64,000 nt of DNA from Salpingoeca rosetta (Eukaryota; Protista; Choanoflagellata), in the NCBI GenBank assembly GCA_033442325.1, contig JAWQFM010000006.1, positions 666,673 through 730,672 on the forward strand, read 5' to 3'. Below, one piece after another: positions 14,859 through 27,627 of this stretch. The stretch's first letter is position 1, and the number at the start of each line of letters is the position of its first letter. The position numbers and the translations under genes are program-made. Below the pieces are notes generated by a model. It was given only the letters and a program-made list of their open reading frames with translations, did no database searches and had not been told where the DNA came from.

Positions 14859-16524
14859 ACACACCTTTGGCGTTGGCCTTCTCCATATCGTAGGCGGTGG
14901 GGAACTCCTCGTTCTGCCACGCCCGTTTCTTCAAGTTGCGGTACTTGTCCTGAAGAGAGCACAGGTAAAATGCACACAACAACCAGAACACACAACGTCA
15001 TCGGGTGTGATAGGGAGCAAACAAGAGCACCAAATCGAAGTGAGTCTGTGACAGGGAGGACACATAGCAACAGCACAACGCAAGCAGCACACAACAGCAA
15101 ACAGCAAACAAATAGCAAGCAGCACATAGCAGCAAACAGCGGGCACACCTTGAGGTCAACGGCAGTCCGCTCTTGGAAGCGATCGGCAAACTTGGCCGCA
15201 ATCGGCGCCCACGCGCCCACACCATACATCAGCAGGCCTTCCCGCAGTGCAGCAACCTCGTCGTCATCCCACGCCTTGCGCCGCCGCTGTCCAGAGTCAC
15301 CAAGCCGACGCTTCGAGCGTACATACGCAATCGAATATGATCTGTTCAGCTGCGCAGAGGAACCGCCCACCGCATGTTCGCTTTCCTCACCCTCCTCATC
15401 CTCCTCCTCTTCGTCCTCTTCCTCGCGCTTCTTCTTCGTCTTGGTCTTTGTCTTTGTTGTCTTGGCCTTCTTGGCCTTCTTGGCCGCTTGAGCCCCGCCC
15501 TTGCGGCCGCCACGCCGCTTCTTCCGCGCCTCCTCCTCCTCCTCCTCCTCTTCCTCCTCCTCGCTGCTCTCTTCGCTCGCGTCAACCCCCGTCTGCTCCT
15601 CGCTCTCTTCCCCGCGGCTTTCCTCCTCAGACGACGAACCCGCTTCTTCTTCTTCCTCCTCCTCCTCATCTGTGTGATAAACCAAACAAGGCAAGCACAC
15701 GCGTGAGTGAGCGAGTGAATGTGAGTGAAAGACCAAAAGTGAATGTGGGTGAAATAAAGAGTGAGTGTTGGGTGTCAATCACGTCAGAGCGAATACGTCT
15801 CCCCATTGTGGAAAAGGCGCAGGTGCACTTCAGACTCACGAGATCGGACACTGCAGTGTGCGACATGGCCGTCGAAGCAACAAGCATAAGCCGCAGATGT
15901 GAGTATTGGCGCAACGAATCAGACACACGGCACAATCAACGCACATGGCCAAAGGCGATAAAATGAGAGAAGAGAGGAGGAAGGCAAAGGAGGAGGAAGG
16001 CGAGAGGGGCGGGAAACATTTCGAAGTTTAGAAGAAAGAAAGGGTTGGAATGTACCATCACGGCATGTGTGTGCTGCGCATGCAACGGGTACAAGCGCGG
16101 CTTGCCGAAGAGACGGCAATGACACGGGTGATGGCGAGTACAGCCTCAACGCCTGCATCAAAACATCACCAGAGGCCGCATCCTTCGCCCAGCTCACACC
16201 GCCAAAACATGGCAAGTGTGGGCGAGTCCCAAGGAAGGAAGCAGCATGAAGATGCCAGACACACGCGCGAGGTGCGCGTGCAACGCACGGACCACCGCCA
16301 TTTGGTACGACCAATGATGGCGGCGGTGAGCAAGCAACACCAGCCACGGAGAGTGGCGTGAAAGGTGTGTGCATGCACAAGTGCGAGTGCACACAAGGAG
16401 AGGTTTTGTCTTTGGCAGCCTAAATATCCGGCGCTCGGAGTCGCTTTCAGCGCAGGAGGACAGATACTGCCAACAAAGTTGAGGAGAAGAGAGAAGAGAG
16501 AGACAGAGACAGAGAGAGAGAGAG

Positions 16525-16579
<55 letters not shown>

Positions 16580-18499
16580 CAGAGAGAGAGAGGCAGAAAG
16601 AGAGAGAGACAGAGAGAGAGGCAGAGACAGAGAGAGACAGAGACAGAGACAGAGAGAGGAAGGGGGAGACAGACAGACGGACGGACAGAAAGCCACACAA
16701 ACACACACCCACACCACACACCACGCACACACGCACACACACACACACACACCAGAGACACGGACATTATGAAGGGCAGACGGGTTGGCAGACACGACAA
16801 ACTCGATTTCAACGAACTTACGAAGACCCTTTCTGCTTTTTCTTCTTCTTCTTCTTCTGCTGCTGCTTCTTCTTGTTGGTCTTGCCCTGCTGCTTCTTCT
16901 TCTTCTGCATTGCTTTCTTTCCCGCCTTTTGCCGCTCAGCTCTGATTTCGTCAATCGGGTCTGCGCCGGTGCTCCTGCGAGGAAGGGGAGGGAAGGCGTG
17001 GTTTTGGTGTGTGAGCGCGTATGCGTGGTAAGACCAACTGGACACTATAGTTGGCTTGTGTCAGCGACTAGCGCAAGACAACGAAAACAACAAGAAACAA
17101 ACAAACGAATCAAACATTTCACCAACGCAGCACATCTTAACACGACAAAATCACGACACAGCGCAACAGGCGGACAAGCAACCGTGCACTCACTTGAGTG
17201 AGGACGACTTGCTCTTCAGTGAACGGGCAACACTCGCTGCCGTCTGTGTGTTGTTGAAACGACGCAGCAGTAGCATGAGAACACACGCGAGTAAGCGAGA
17301 AACAATGAAAGCTCCCTTGCCTTGTATCACAAAGCACGCTGGAAACGACACGGGCAGACGATACGAGCACCCATTGCGCCTGCACACAAGCAAACAAGTG
17401 CGCGCAAGACACGCAGACGACACGGTTGACAGACCTGCTTGTCCACTTCCTTGTCAGCAGCGCGCCGCTGGGGTAGCACACGAAACAACAGGGCAACAAG
17501 GAAAAGCAGGAATGCGACCATTAGCCCGTGCCACTTTGGCGCATCAGCGTGCTGCACAAACCCACATCAATGCGGAAGCTATTGCAGTTGGCGAAAGAAC
17601 AGACTATGGGTACCTTTGAAGCACGTTTCGGCAGCGCGTCCTCCTCCGCCTCCTCCTCTTCATCTTCTTCTTCTTCATCTTCATCATCATCTTCCTCTGC
17701 CCCTCCTTCATCTTCCTCTTCGTCGTCGTCGTCGTCATCGCCACTCTCGCTCTCTTCACTGTCACTGCTTTCGCTTGCGCTCTCCTCCGCTTCGTCCTCG
17801 TCCTCTTCTTCCTCATCTTGCTCCACGTCTTCAACCTCAGCCGCTGCAATCAACACGTGCGGGGTGCGGTGTGTGGCCATGCATTCGACGTGTTAGCGTG
17901 TGTCATCTGCCATCTGCCATGTTTGTGTGTGTGCGTGTGACACAGAAAACACCGTACAAACAATCATCACAATACAAGCGCTCATGACGTACAAGTTGAA
18001 GACACACGCTTGTACACGTGCTCACACGCGCAAACACCAGCTCACCGGCTTCGAGTTGCGCATCAAGATCATCGCCTGGCTTCTGCTGCTCTGGCTCCTG
18101 CGTAGGTGGCATTGAAACAACGCCCTTGGACACTTTTTCAGCACTAGCAACCCGCAAACAAGAGCAAAGGCATCCTAGAATGAGGTGCTGGAGGAGAAAA
18201 TGCAGAAGGCAAATGGTCGACAATTCACACACGCACACACATACACACGCTCAGGGATTTGCACAAATTGAAGTCGAATGAGCAGGTGTACTGTTCACTT
18301 GCACCAGTGACTCACAACTTGGACATGGCTTCTTCCTTGTCCAGAACTTGGCATGCTTGCATCAGGTCACGCCGCCCACTGCAGTTCACAGGTGAGTGAG
18401 GGTAAGCAACGGGCGCACGCTTTGGAGGGCGAAGGCACCTCATCAGCCGCGGCACATTCGCGTGCACTCATGTACCTTGAACTGACAAACATGAGAGAG

Positions 18500-18533
<34 letters not shown>

Positions 18534-18822
18534 GCAGCAGCAGCAGCAGTAGCAGCAGCAGAAGCAGCAGAAGCAAGTAGTGTGACGTACGGTGTTGGCT
18601 GGGCCACGCGAGCAGCAGCTGCTGGTGTGGATGGCTGTGAGGGGGCCGGGCTCATGCCCTTGGACATGAGGTTGTACAGCATGGGTTGGGAGAGCTGGTA
18701 GAACACCTCCGCGTTCAGGAACGTCATGATGCGCTCAAAAAACGATTCCTTGTCGTGGTACTGCGAGCGCCGAGCAGTGGGGTTACAGAGTATGCGTGAG
18801 TGTGCGTGTTGCGTGTTGCATT

Positions 18823-18904
<82 letters not shown>

Positions 18905-19262
18905 GCGTGAGTGTGTGCGTGTGTGCAGAGCGGGAGCGGAGGCGGATGGCAAAACCATGTGATGGCGAGCAAAACACAACCACACACAAACACAAACACA
19001 AACACACACGCAGGCCCAAACACAGACGCGCACACGCATGCATACGCACTTTGAGGTATTGTTTGCTTCCGTGGTGCTTTGGCTTGATGCGCACGTTCTC
19101 AAGCCATTGGAGGGTGAACGACTTCCATGTTTTCTTGGCGGGGTTGAAGAGGTCGTTGTCGTAGTCGCACTTGTCGGGCAAGGGTTTAAACAGCTCTGCC
19201 ATGCCTTCAAAAGGCTCCGGTTGCTTCTTCCACTTGCCATAGCTGAAATGACTCAGCACCAC
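14111..19262 (-). CDS. TRF-like telomere repeat-binding protein (telobox Myb), 5' end hidden in an assembly gap; exons 19262-19050, 18760-18591, 18378-18316, 18143-18046, 17843-17614, 17467-17435, 17243-17194, 16974-16822, 15850-15840, 15669-15149, 14949-14865, 14628-14111
   Basis: All 12 visible exons join in frame with canonical GT-AG sites. Myb domain RRRKAWDDDEVAALREGLLMYGVGAWAPIAAKFADRFQERTAVDLK|DKYRNLKK carries the telobox LKDK(W/Y)RNL signature. Long acidic/basic linkers and a C-terminal RGRG tail. The Myb call is strong; linkage to the upstream exons depends on the microexon. Confidence 0.75.
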
Positions 19263-19301
19263 CTGTCACGAGCACAACAGCAAGGCGAAAGCACGCACGC
19301 T

Positions 19302-19791
19302 NNNNNNNNNNNNNNNNNNNNNNNNNNNNNNNNNNNNNNNNNNNNNNNNNNNNNNNNNNNNNNNNNNNNNNNNNNNNNNNNNNNNNNNNNNNNNNNNNNN
19401 NNNNNNNNNNNNNNNNNNNNNNNNNNNNNNNNNNNNNNNNNNNNNNNNNNNNNNNNNNNNNNNNNNNNNNNNNNNNNNNNNNNNNNNNNNNNNNNNNNNN
19501 NNNNNNNNNNNNNNNNNNNNNNNNNNNNNNNNNNNNNNNNNNNNNNNNNNNNNNNNNNNNNNNNNNNNNNNNNNNNNNNNNNNNNNNNNNNNNNNNNNNN
19601 NNNNNNNNNNNNNNNNNNNNNNNNNNNNNNNNNNNNNNNNNNNNNNNNNNNNNNNNNNNNNNNNNNNNNNNNNNNNNNNNNNNNNNNNNNNNNNNNNNNN
19701 NNNNNNNNNNNNNNNNNNNNNNNNNNNNNNNNNNNNNNNNNNNNNNNNNNNNNNNNNNNNNNNNNNNNNNNNNNNNNNNNNNNNNNNNNNN
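19302..19791. other. Assembly gap (N run)
   Basis: Run of N. Confidence 1.
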
Positions 19792-21414
19792 TGGTCTTGC
19801 CCTGCTGCTTCTTCTTCTTCTGCATTGCTTTCTTTCCCGCCTTTTGCCGCTCAGCTCTGATTTCGTCAATCGGGTCTGCGCCGGTGCTCCTGCGAGGAAG
19901 GGGAGGGAAGGCGTGGTTTTGGTGTGTGAGCGCGTATGCGTGGTAAGACCAACTGGACACTATAGTTGGCTTGTGTCAGCGACTAGCGCAAGACAACGAA
20001 AACAACAAGAAACAAACAAACGAATCAAACATTTCACCAACGCAGCACATCTTAACACGACAAAATCACGACACAGCGCAACAGGCGGACAAGCAACCGT
20101 GCACTCACTTGAGTGAGGACGACTTGCTCTTCAGTGAACGGGCAACACTCGCTGCCGTCTGTGTGTTGTTGAAACGACGCAGCAGTAGCATGAGAACACA
20201 CGCGAGTAAGCGAGAAACAATGAAAGCTCCCTTGCCTTGTATCACAAAGCACGCTGGAAACGACACGGGCAGACGATACGAGCACCCATTGCGCCTGCAC
20301 ACAAGCAAACAAGTGCGCGCAAGACACGCAGACGACACGGTTGACAGACCTGCTTGTCCACTTCCTTGTCAGCAGCGCGCCGCTGGGGTAGCACACGAAA
20401 CAACAGGGCAACAAGGAAAAGCAGGAATGCGACCATTAGCCCGTGCCACTTTGGCGCATCAGCGTGCTGCACAAACCCACATCAATGCGGAAGCTATTGC
20501 AGTTGGCGAAAGAACAGACTATGGGTACCTTTGAAGCACGTTTCGGCAGCGCGTCCTCCTCCGCCTCCTCCTCTTCATCTTCTTCTTCTTCATCTTCATC
20601 ATCATCTTCCTCTGCCCCTCCTTCATCTTCCTCTTCGTCGTCGTCGTCGTCATCGCCACTCTCGCTCTCTTCACTGTCACTGCTTTCGCTTGCGCTCTCC
20701 TCCGCTTCGTCCTCGTCCTCTTCTTCCTCATCTTGCTCCACGTCTTCAACCTCAGCCGCTGCAATCAACACGTGCGGGGTGCGGTGTGTGGCCATGCATT
20801 CGACGTGTTAGCGTGTGTCATCTGCCATCTGCCATGTTTGTGTGTGTGCGTGTGACACAGAAAACACCGTACAAACAATCATCACAATACAAGCGCTCAT
20901 GACGTACAAGTTGAAGACACACGCTTGTACACGTGCTCACACGCGCAAACACCAGCTCACCGGCTTCGAGTTGCGCATCAAGATCATCGCCTGGCTTCTG
21001 CTGCTCTGGCTCCTGCGTAGGTGGCATTGAAACAACGCCCTTGGACACTTTTTCAGCACTAGCAACCCGCAAACAAGAGCAAAGGCATCCTAGAATGAGG
21101 TGCTGGAGGAGAAAATGCAGAAGGCAAATGGTCGACAATTCACACACGCACACACATACACACGCTCAGGGATTTGCACAAATTGAAGTCGAATGAGCAG
21201 GTGTACTGTTCACTTGCACCAGTGACTCACAACTTGGACATGGCTTCTTCCTTGTCCAGAACTTGGCATGCTTGCATCAGGTCACGCCGCCCACTGCAGT
21301 TCACAGGTGAGTGAGGGTAAGCAACGGGCGCACGCTTTGGAGGGCGAAGGCACCTCATCAGCCGCGGCACATTCGCGTGCACTCATGTACCTTGAACTGA
21401 CAAACATGAGAGAG

Positions 21415-21448
<34 letters not shown>

Positions 21449-21737
21449 GCAGCAGCAGCAGCAGTAGCAGCAGCAGAAGCAGCAGAAGCAAGTAGTGTGA
21501 CGTACGGTGTTGGCTGGGCCACGCGAGCAGCAGCTGCTGGTGTGGATGGCTGTGAGGGGGCCGGGCTCATGCCCTTGGACATGAGGTTGTACAGCATGGG
21601 TTGGGAGAGCTGGTAGAACACCTCCGCGTTCAGGAACGTCATGATGCGCTCAAAAAACGATTCCTTGTCGTGGTACTGCGAGCGCCGAGCAGTGGGGTTA
21701 CAGAGTATGCGTGAGTGTGCGTGTTGCGTGTTGCATT

Positions 21738-21819
<82 letters not shown>

Positions 21820-22225
21820 GCGTGAGTGTGTGCGTGTGTGCAGAGCGGGAGCGGAGGCGGATGGCAAAACCATGTGATGGCGAGCAAAACACAACCACAC
21901 ACAAACACAAACACAAACACACACGCAGGCCCAAACACAGACGCGCACACGCATGCATACGCACTTTGAGGTCTTGTTTGCTTCCGTGGTGCTTTGGCTT
22001 GATGCGCACGTTCTCAAGCCATTGGAGGGTGAACGACTTCCATGTTTTCTTGGCGGGGTTGAAAGAGGTCGTTGTCGTAGTCGCACTTGTCGGGCGAGGG
22101 TTTAAACAGCTCTGCCATGCCTTCAAAAGGCTCCGGGTGCTTCTTCCACTTGCTCATAGCTGAAATGACTCAGCACCACCTGGTCACGAGCACAACAGCA
22201 GGCGAAAGCACGCACGCTGTGAATC
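19792..22225. repeat. Near-identical direct copy of 16877-19301 (offset 2915), flanked by gaps; probably a redundant contig
   Basis: Identical including microsatellite lengths. Differences appear only in the last ~260 bp as one substitution at ~21973 and scattered indels. Confidence 0.9.
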
Positions 22226-22995
22226 NNNNNNNNNNNNNNNNNNNNNNNNNNNNNNNNNNNNNNNNNNNNNNNNNNNNNNNNNNNNNNNNNNNNNNNNNNN
22301 NNNNNNNNNNNNNNNNNNNNNNNNNNNNNNNNNNNNNNNNNNNNNNNNNNNNNNNNNNNNNNNNNNNNNNNNNNNNNNNNNNNNNNNNNNNNNNNNNNNN
22401 NNNNNNNNNNNNNNNNNNNNNNNNNNNNNNNNNNNNNNNNNNNNNNNNNNNNNNNNNNNNNNNNNNNNNNNNNNNNNNNNNNNNNNNNNNNNNNNNNNNN
22501 NNNNNNNNNNNNNNNNNNNNNNNNNNNNNNNNNNNNNNNNNNNNNNNNNNNNNNNNNNNNNNNNNNNNNNNNNNNNNNNNNNNNNNNNNNNNNNNNNNNN
22601 NNNNNNNNNNNNNNNNNNNNNNNNNNNNNNNNNNNNNNNNNNNNNNNNNNNNNNNNNNNNNNNNNNNNNNNNNNNNNNNNNNNNNNNNNNNNNNNNNNNN
22701 NNNNNNNNNNNNNNNNNNNNNNNNNNNNNNNNNNNNNNNNNNNNNNNNNNNNNNNNNNNNNNNNNNNNNNNNNNNNNNNNNNNNNNNNNNNNNNNNNNNN
22801 NNNNNNNNNNNNNNNNNNNNNNNNNNNNNNNNNNNNNNNNNNNNNNNNNNNNNNNNNNNNNNNNNNNNNNNNNNNNNNNNNNNNNNNNNNNNNNNNNNNN
22901 NNNNNNNNNNNNNNNNNNNNNNNNNNNNNNNNNNNNNNNNNNNNNNNNNNNNNNNNNNNNNNNNNNNNNNNNNNNNNNNNNNNNNNNNNNNNNNN
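22226..22995. other. Assembly gap (N run)
   Basis: Run of N. Confidence 1.
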
Positions 22996-23014
22996 CAACC
23001 CCACTCCAGCAACC

Positions 23015-24193
23015 ATGAGCACCCCAAGCGCTCGGTTTGAGACCGTGGTGTGCGAGGGGCCACTCATGAAGCGTGGCGGAAACGTGCGTGAAAACCGATG
23101 CGGCTTGGATCCAAGTGGGAGAGGAGGAGGAGAGGAAGAGAGGAAGAGGAAGTGACAGGGTCGTTGGCTGTTGTTGTTGGAGTGAATCGATGAGTGTGTG
23201 GTCCAGTGTCCGTGTTTGTGGTTGTTGTCCACTGTTGCTGGTTGTGCGCGCTCACGACGATACGCGGTGGCCGTCGATTGCCTGGCTTGCAGGTGAAGAC
23301 GTGGAAGAACAGATGGTTTGTGCTGGACGCCAGAGGCTTGCTCCAGTACTACAAAGGCAACCCTCCTTCGCGCACGCTTCTGGACGTCATTGACCTGACG
23401 GAAGTCACCAACATCCGTGAGAGCAAACTGGAGGAATGGGCTGCCAAGAGCGTCATCCCACCGCAGTCCGTTGACCCAATGATGGCAAGGTAGCATTGGT
23501 GTTGCTGCGTGGAAGCTTTGTGCGTGTGCTGCGTGTCCGTGTGTCAATGAAGGTGTGCGTTTGGTGTATTGTGTATTTCGGTTGATGTATTGTGTGCCCC
23601 GTGTGTGTGTGTGTGTCCGTGTGTGTCCGTGTGTGTGTGTTGTGTAGTGTGTGTGTGTTGTGTAGTGTGTGTGTGTGTAGTGTGTAGTGTGTAGTTTGTG
23701 TGTCGTGTGTAGTGTGCACATGCGTGTTCGTGTCCGTGTGCGTGTGTTGCGCGCGGGTGGACCCGTGTCCGTGTTTGCATGACGTGGTTATCGTGTGCGC
23801 ACGATTGCCATGGTTGTTGCATAACGAGACAAGAACGTCCGGTCACCTTGACTCTGTGTCGCTGTTATCGCCAGGTGTATTGAACTTGAGACGCCGAAGC
23901 GAACGTACTACCTGGTGGCAAAGGGCGACGACATCCCATGGCTGGAGCAGGTGTGTTACCCACACACCACTGCCCGCTTTGCCCCCGTCGGTCTTGTTGT
24001 GTTCTTGTTTGTTCACAACAGCAGTGGCAGTAACACGTGCATGGAACGGCCCACGGCCCACCACACTGTGCTCACCGCGATGCTGTGTGGCTTGGTGCGC
24101 TGCGATGATTCAGCTCATGAGGGTGCGGAAGCATGCACGGCAACAACGACGAACGACCATCGATGGCTCCGAGGCCCACTGTGCGTGCATGCA

Positions 24194-24239
<46 letters not shown>

Positions 24240-24451
24240 CTAATTGCGTCATCGCCCACTCACCGATTCACACGTGTTGTCACTCTCTGTAACGTGTACC
24301 CTTTCCACCCTGGCTGCACATGTGGAATCTTACGCGCGCATCTTTAGCGGCGGGCAAGGACCTGCTTGACGCAGCGCTGCACTTTGGATGGATCACCAAG
24401 ATGGGCGGCAGGGTAAGCCGAAACCCCACGTGTGTGCGTGTGCGTGTGTGC

Positions 24452-24522
<71 letters not shown>

Positions 24523-24798
24523 TTTTTTTTTGATGTAGTTGAAGTAGTTCATAGAGTTGAAGTCGTGAACTCCACACAGCTTGTCTTCCATCAGTCACTC
24601 GCTCATGGCACGCAACACCGTGCGTGCGTACGCGATTGCAGATCCGCAACTGGCGGCGGCGGTTCTTCATTCTGACGGCGCAGGGCATGTTGCTGTACGC
24701 AAAGGACCAGTCCTCGCTCGACCAGCCGCTCGGCAGCTTGCACGTGCGCCACATTCAGGAGATTAAGCCCCCAGAGGAGGTTCGGACACACTTGCTCG

Positions 24799-24847
<49 letters not shown>

Positions 24848-25468
24848 GCACAAGCACGTATATACGCACAAGCAAGTCGCCACCTACATACACACTGCAC
24901 CTCTGTTGCTCCCAATCACACACACACACACGCACGCACGCACGCTGTGCAGTGTGCGTGGGCGAGCAGCAGCAGCCGGCCTAAATCCGCCCAGCCGGAC
25001 GCGTGCTTTGAGATTGTCACGGCAAAGCGAAAGTTCTGGCTCGTCTGTGATACGCCGCAGGAGGCCCAGACCTGGGTCAACCAGGTGCTGCTGCTCGCTT
25101 GGAGGGGGGGTGTTAAGTGTCTGCTTATTCTTGTGTGTGCATGCGTGTGTGATTTGATGTGTATGTGTGCACTGCCTGAGCAGCGCGACGTTTTGTCTTT
25201 CCATCTGCCGCTGATGCCGCTGTCCTGACTGCGGACCAACATCTCTCTGGTTTGTGTGCGCAGCTTGAGGGCGCCTGCCTCTTCTACAGCCTTGCCTTCA
25301 GCTCCATGCCACAGGTAAACGCTCGCATAAGCCAACAGCAGGCACTGCTGACTGTGTCTACATGGCCAACGACGTGCATGTGCGTACGTGCGTGCGCGCG
25401 TGCGTGTGTGTGTGTGTGTGCGTGCATGTGTGTCAAACTCACACGTCAACCACCATTGCCACCATTGC

Positions 25469-25532
<64 letters not shown>

Positions 25533-25880
25533 CGCACACACACACACAACACCCCTACTGGGCAGGCTGGGGAGGACGGCGACGACGCTGACGAGCGCAT
25601 GAGCGTCATCTCTGTTTCGCCGTCGCCAAGTCGTGCCCGCACCCCGTCCACCGCCACCACCACATCCGCCACCACCAGCGACGAGGGCGGTAGCGCACAG
25701 GACGGCCTCACTGACGAGATTCAGCACATGGTACGTGTGTGCGTGTGTGCGTGTGTGCGTGTGTGCGTGTGTGTGTGTGTGTGGCGTGTATGTGTGCGTG
25801 CGTATGTGTGGCGTGTGTATTGTGAGTGAGGTTGCTGCCCCGGCCGCAACGCACACACACGCACACACACACACACACAC

Positions 25881-25952
<72 letters not shown>

Positions 25953-26117
25953 TACACACACCTTTGCCTCTCTTACTGCCGTGGCCACGCTGCAGGTGGA
26001 CGACGAGTTTAAACAGCACGAGGAGGCAGGTGTGCTTCTCCGCGCAAAGAAGAGCACCCTGAGACAGGCAGCTGTACGTCACCTTGCACCACGCATCACG
26101 ACACCTGGCGTGTTGAC

Positions 26118-26155
<38 letters not shown>

Positions 26156-27518
26156 GTGTGATGGTGTGTGTACCCATGTCTTTGAGCTTGCATGAGCCAC
26201 CCTCATGCCATCCCTTCCCCCCCCCCATACACCACCACCACTGCAGCGGCTTGCGATGCGGGAGTCGCGCCTGTCGTCAACAGCAACGACGGCCGCCCAC
26301 CGCCGCATTCTCGTCCTCTACAACCCAGTCTCTGGCGCAGGGTATGCATACTGGAGAGGGGGGGGCATATCAAGCGTTTGGGTGGAGAGGGCGAGCGTGG
26401 CATGCGCACGGTGTTTGGGTGTGCGTGTGTGTATGACCTCCTGTTTCTCTGTGTGCATCTTTTCCTGTTTCCATGGGTGCATATTTTACGTCAGCGCTCC
26501 CTAACGCACTCGCCATTTGCACACGACTCACGTGACACACTCGCATGCGCATGTGTTCACAGCCAAGGTCGCATCATCGCGGAGCATCACGTCGGCCCCA
26601 TTCTCCGTCTCGCAAAGGTGCATGCAAGCACACGCACATACGCACACATGCACACACGCATGCAAGCACGCACGCACACGCACACGCACGCGCACACACA
26701 CACGCACACACACACGCACACACACATGACAACCCGCTGTGTGTATACTAATTGCGCGTATCGCGCTTCTCACGCTGCCTCGTCTCTGCTGCGTTGTGCT
26801 GCATTGACAGATTGACTTTGACATTATTCCAACAGAATACGCAGGCCACGCCACCCACTTTGTCTCCAACCTTGGTGTGTCGCATGCCAGCGCTTGCGTG
26901 CGTGCGTGCATGTGTGCGAGAGTACATGCGTGCGTGCATGCGTGTTTGTTTGTCACTTTGAGTGCTTGCTGGCGTGCGCCGTCCCCCCCCCTCCAAAAAA
27001 AAAAACACAATATTTTGTTTTGGAAGCTCATTCCACCCATTGCCATCATTGCTCCTCCACGCGTTGCAGATCTGGAATCCTTGGACGGGCTCGCTGTGTG
27101 TGGCGGCGACGGGCTGGTGTCGGAGGTGCGGCAACGTGCCATGTTGGGTGTGGCGCGAGTCAACCGTTGCTGTGGCTGTCATTCTGGTTTCCTCGGCCGC
27201 AAAAGAAGAAGGATGTGTCCTCCTTGATGATAAAACGCACACTCACACACACACATATGCGCGCGCACAGCCACACTCATTCACACACACACACACACAC
27301 ACTCACGCACACACGTACACACTTACACATACACGCTCACACCCTCTGACATTCACGAACACAACAGGTGATGACGGGCCTGATGAACCGCGCTGACGAG
27401 CGGGCAAAAACGTTTCCAATTGGAATTGTTCCTGTTGGAACAGCGAATGCAATGGCGCACGCACTTGACAACAACGTTGCTCCCTCCGAAAACGAGTACG
27501 CGCCTTCCTTCCGACCGG

Positions 27519-27561
<43 letters not shown>

Positions 27562-27596
27562 CGTGTGTCTGTGTATGTGTGTGTGTGTGTGTGTCT

Positions 27597-27627
<31 letters not shown>

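Noticed and set aside
15840-15866. Independent start MSHTAVSDL for the Myb gene
   Set aside because: Its phase-0 donor would put the next exon in the poly-Arg frame, which stops at 15346 before the Myb domain.
16050-16470. Possible exon or snoRNA in the long TRF intron (good acceptor at ~16467; ggtgatg/catcacc stem at 16127-16170)
   Set aside because: No convincing protein in the required phase and no complete C/D or H/ACA box set.
18419-18481. Extra TRF exon YMSARECAAADEVPSPSK
   Set aside because: It would need a ~40-nt intron, and the flanking exons already join in frame without it.
19792-22225. Second TRF-like paralog or pseudogene with frameshifts
   Set aside because: Near-perfect identity and indels only at the contig end fit redundant assembly better than a real gene copy.
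14111-23000. Telomerase RNA template or telomeric repeats near the TRF-like gene
   Set aside because: I did not find a CTAACCCTAA-like template or any (TTAGGG)n array by eye.
19038-23721. Long ORFs containing X runs
   Set aside because: Artefacts of reading through N gaps.
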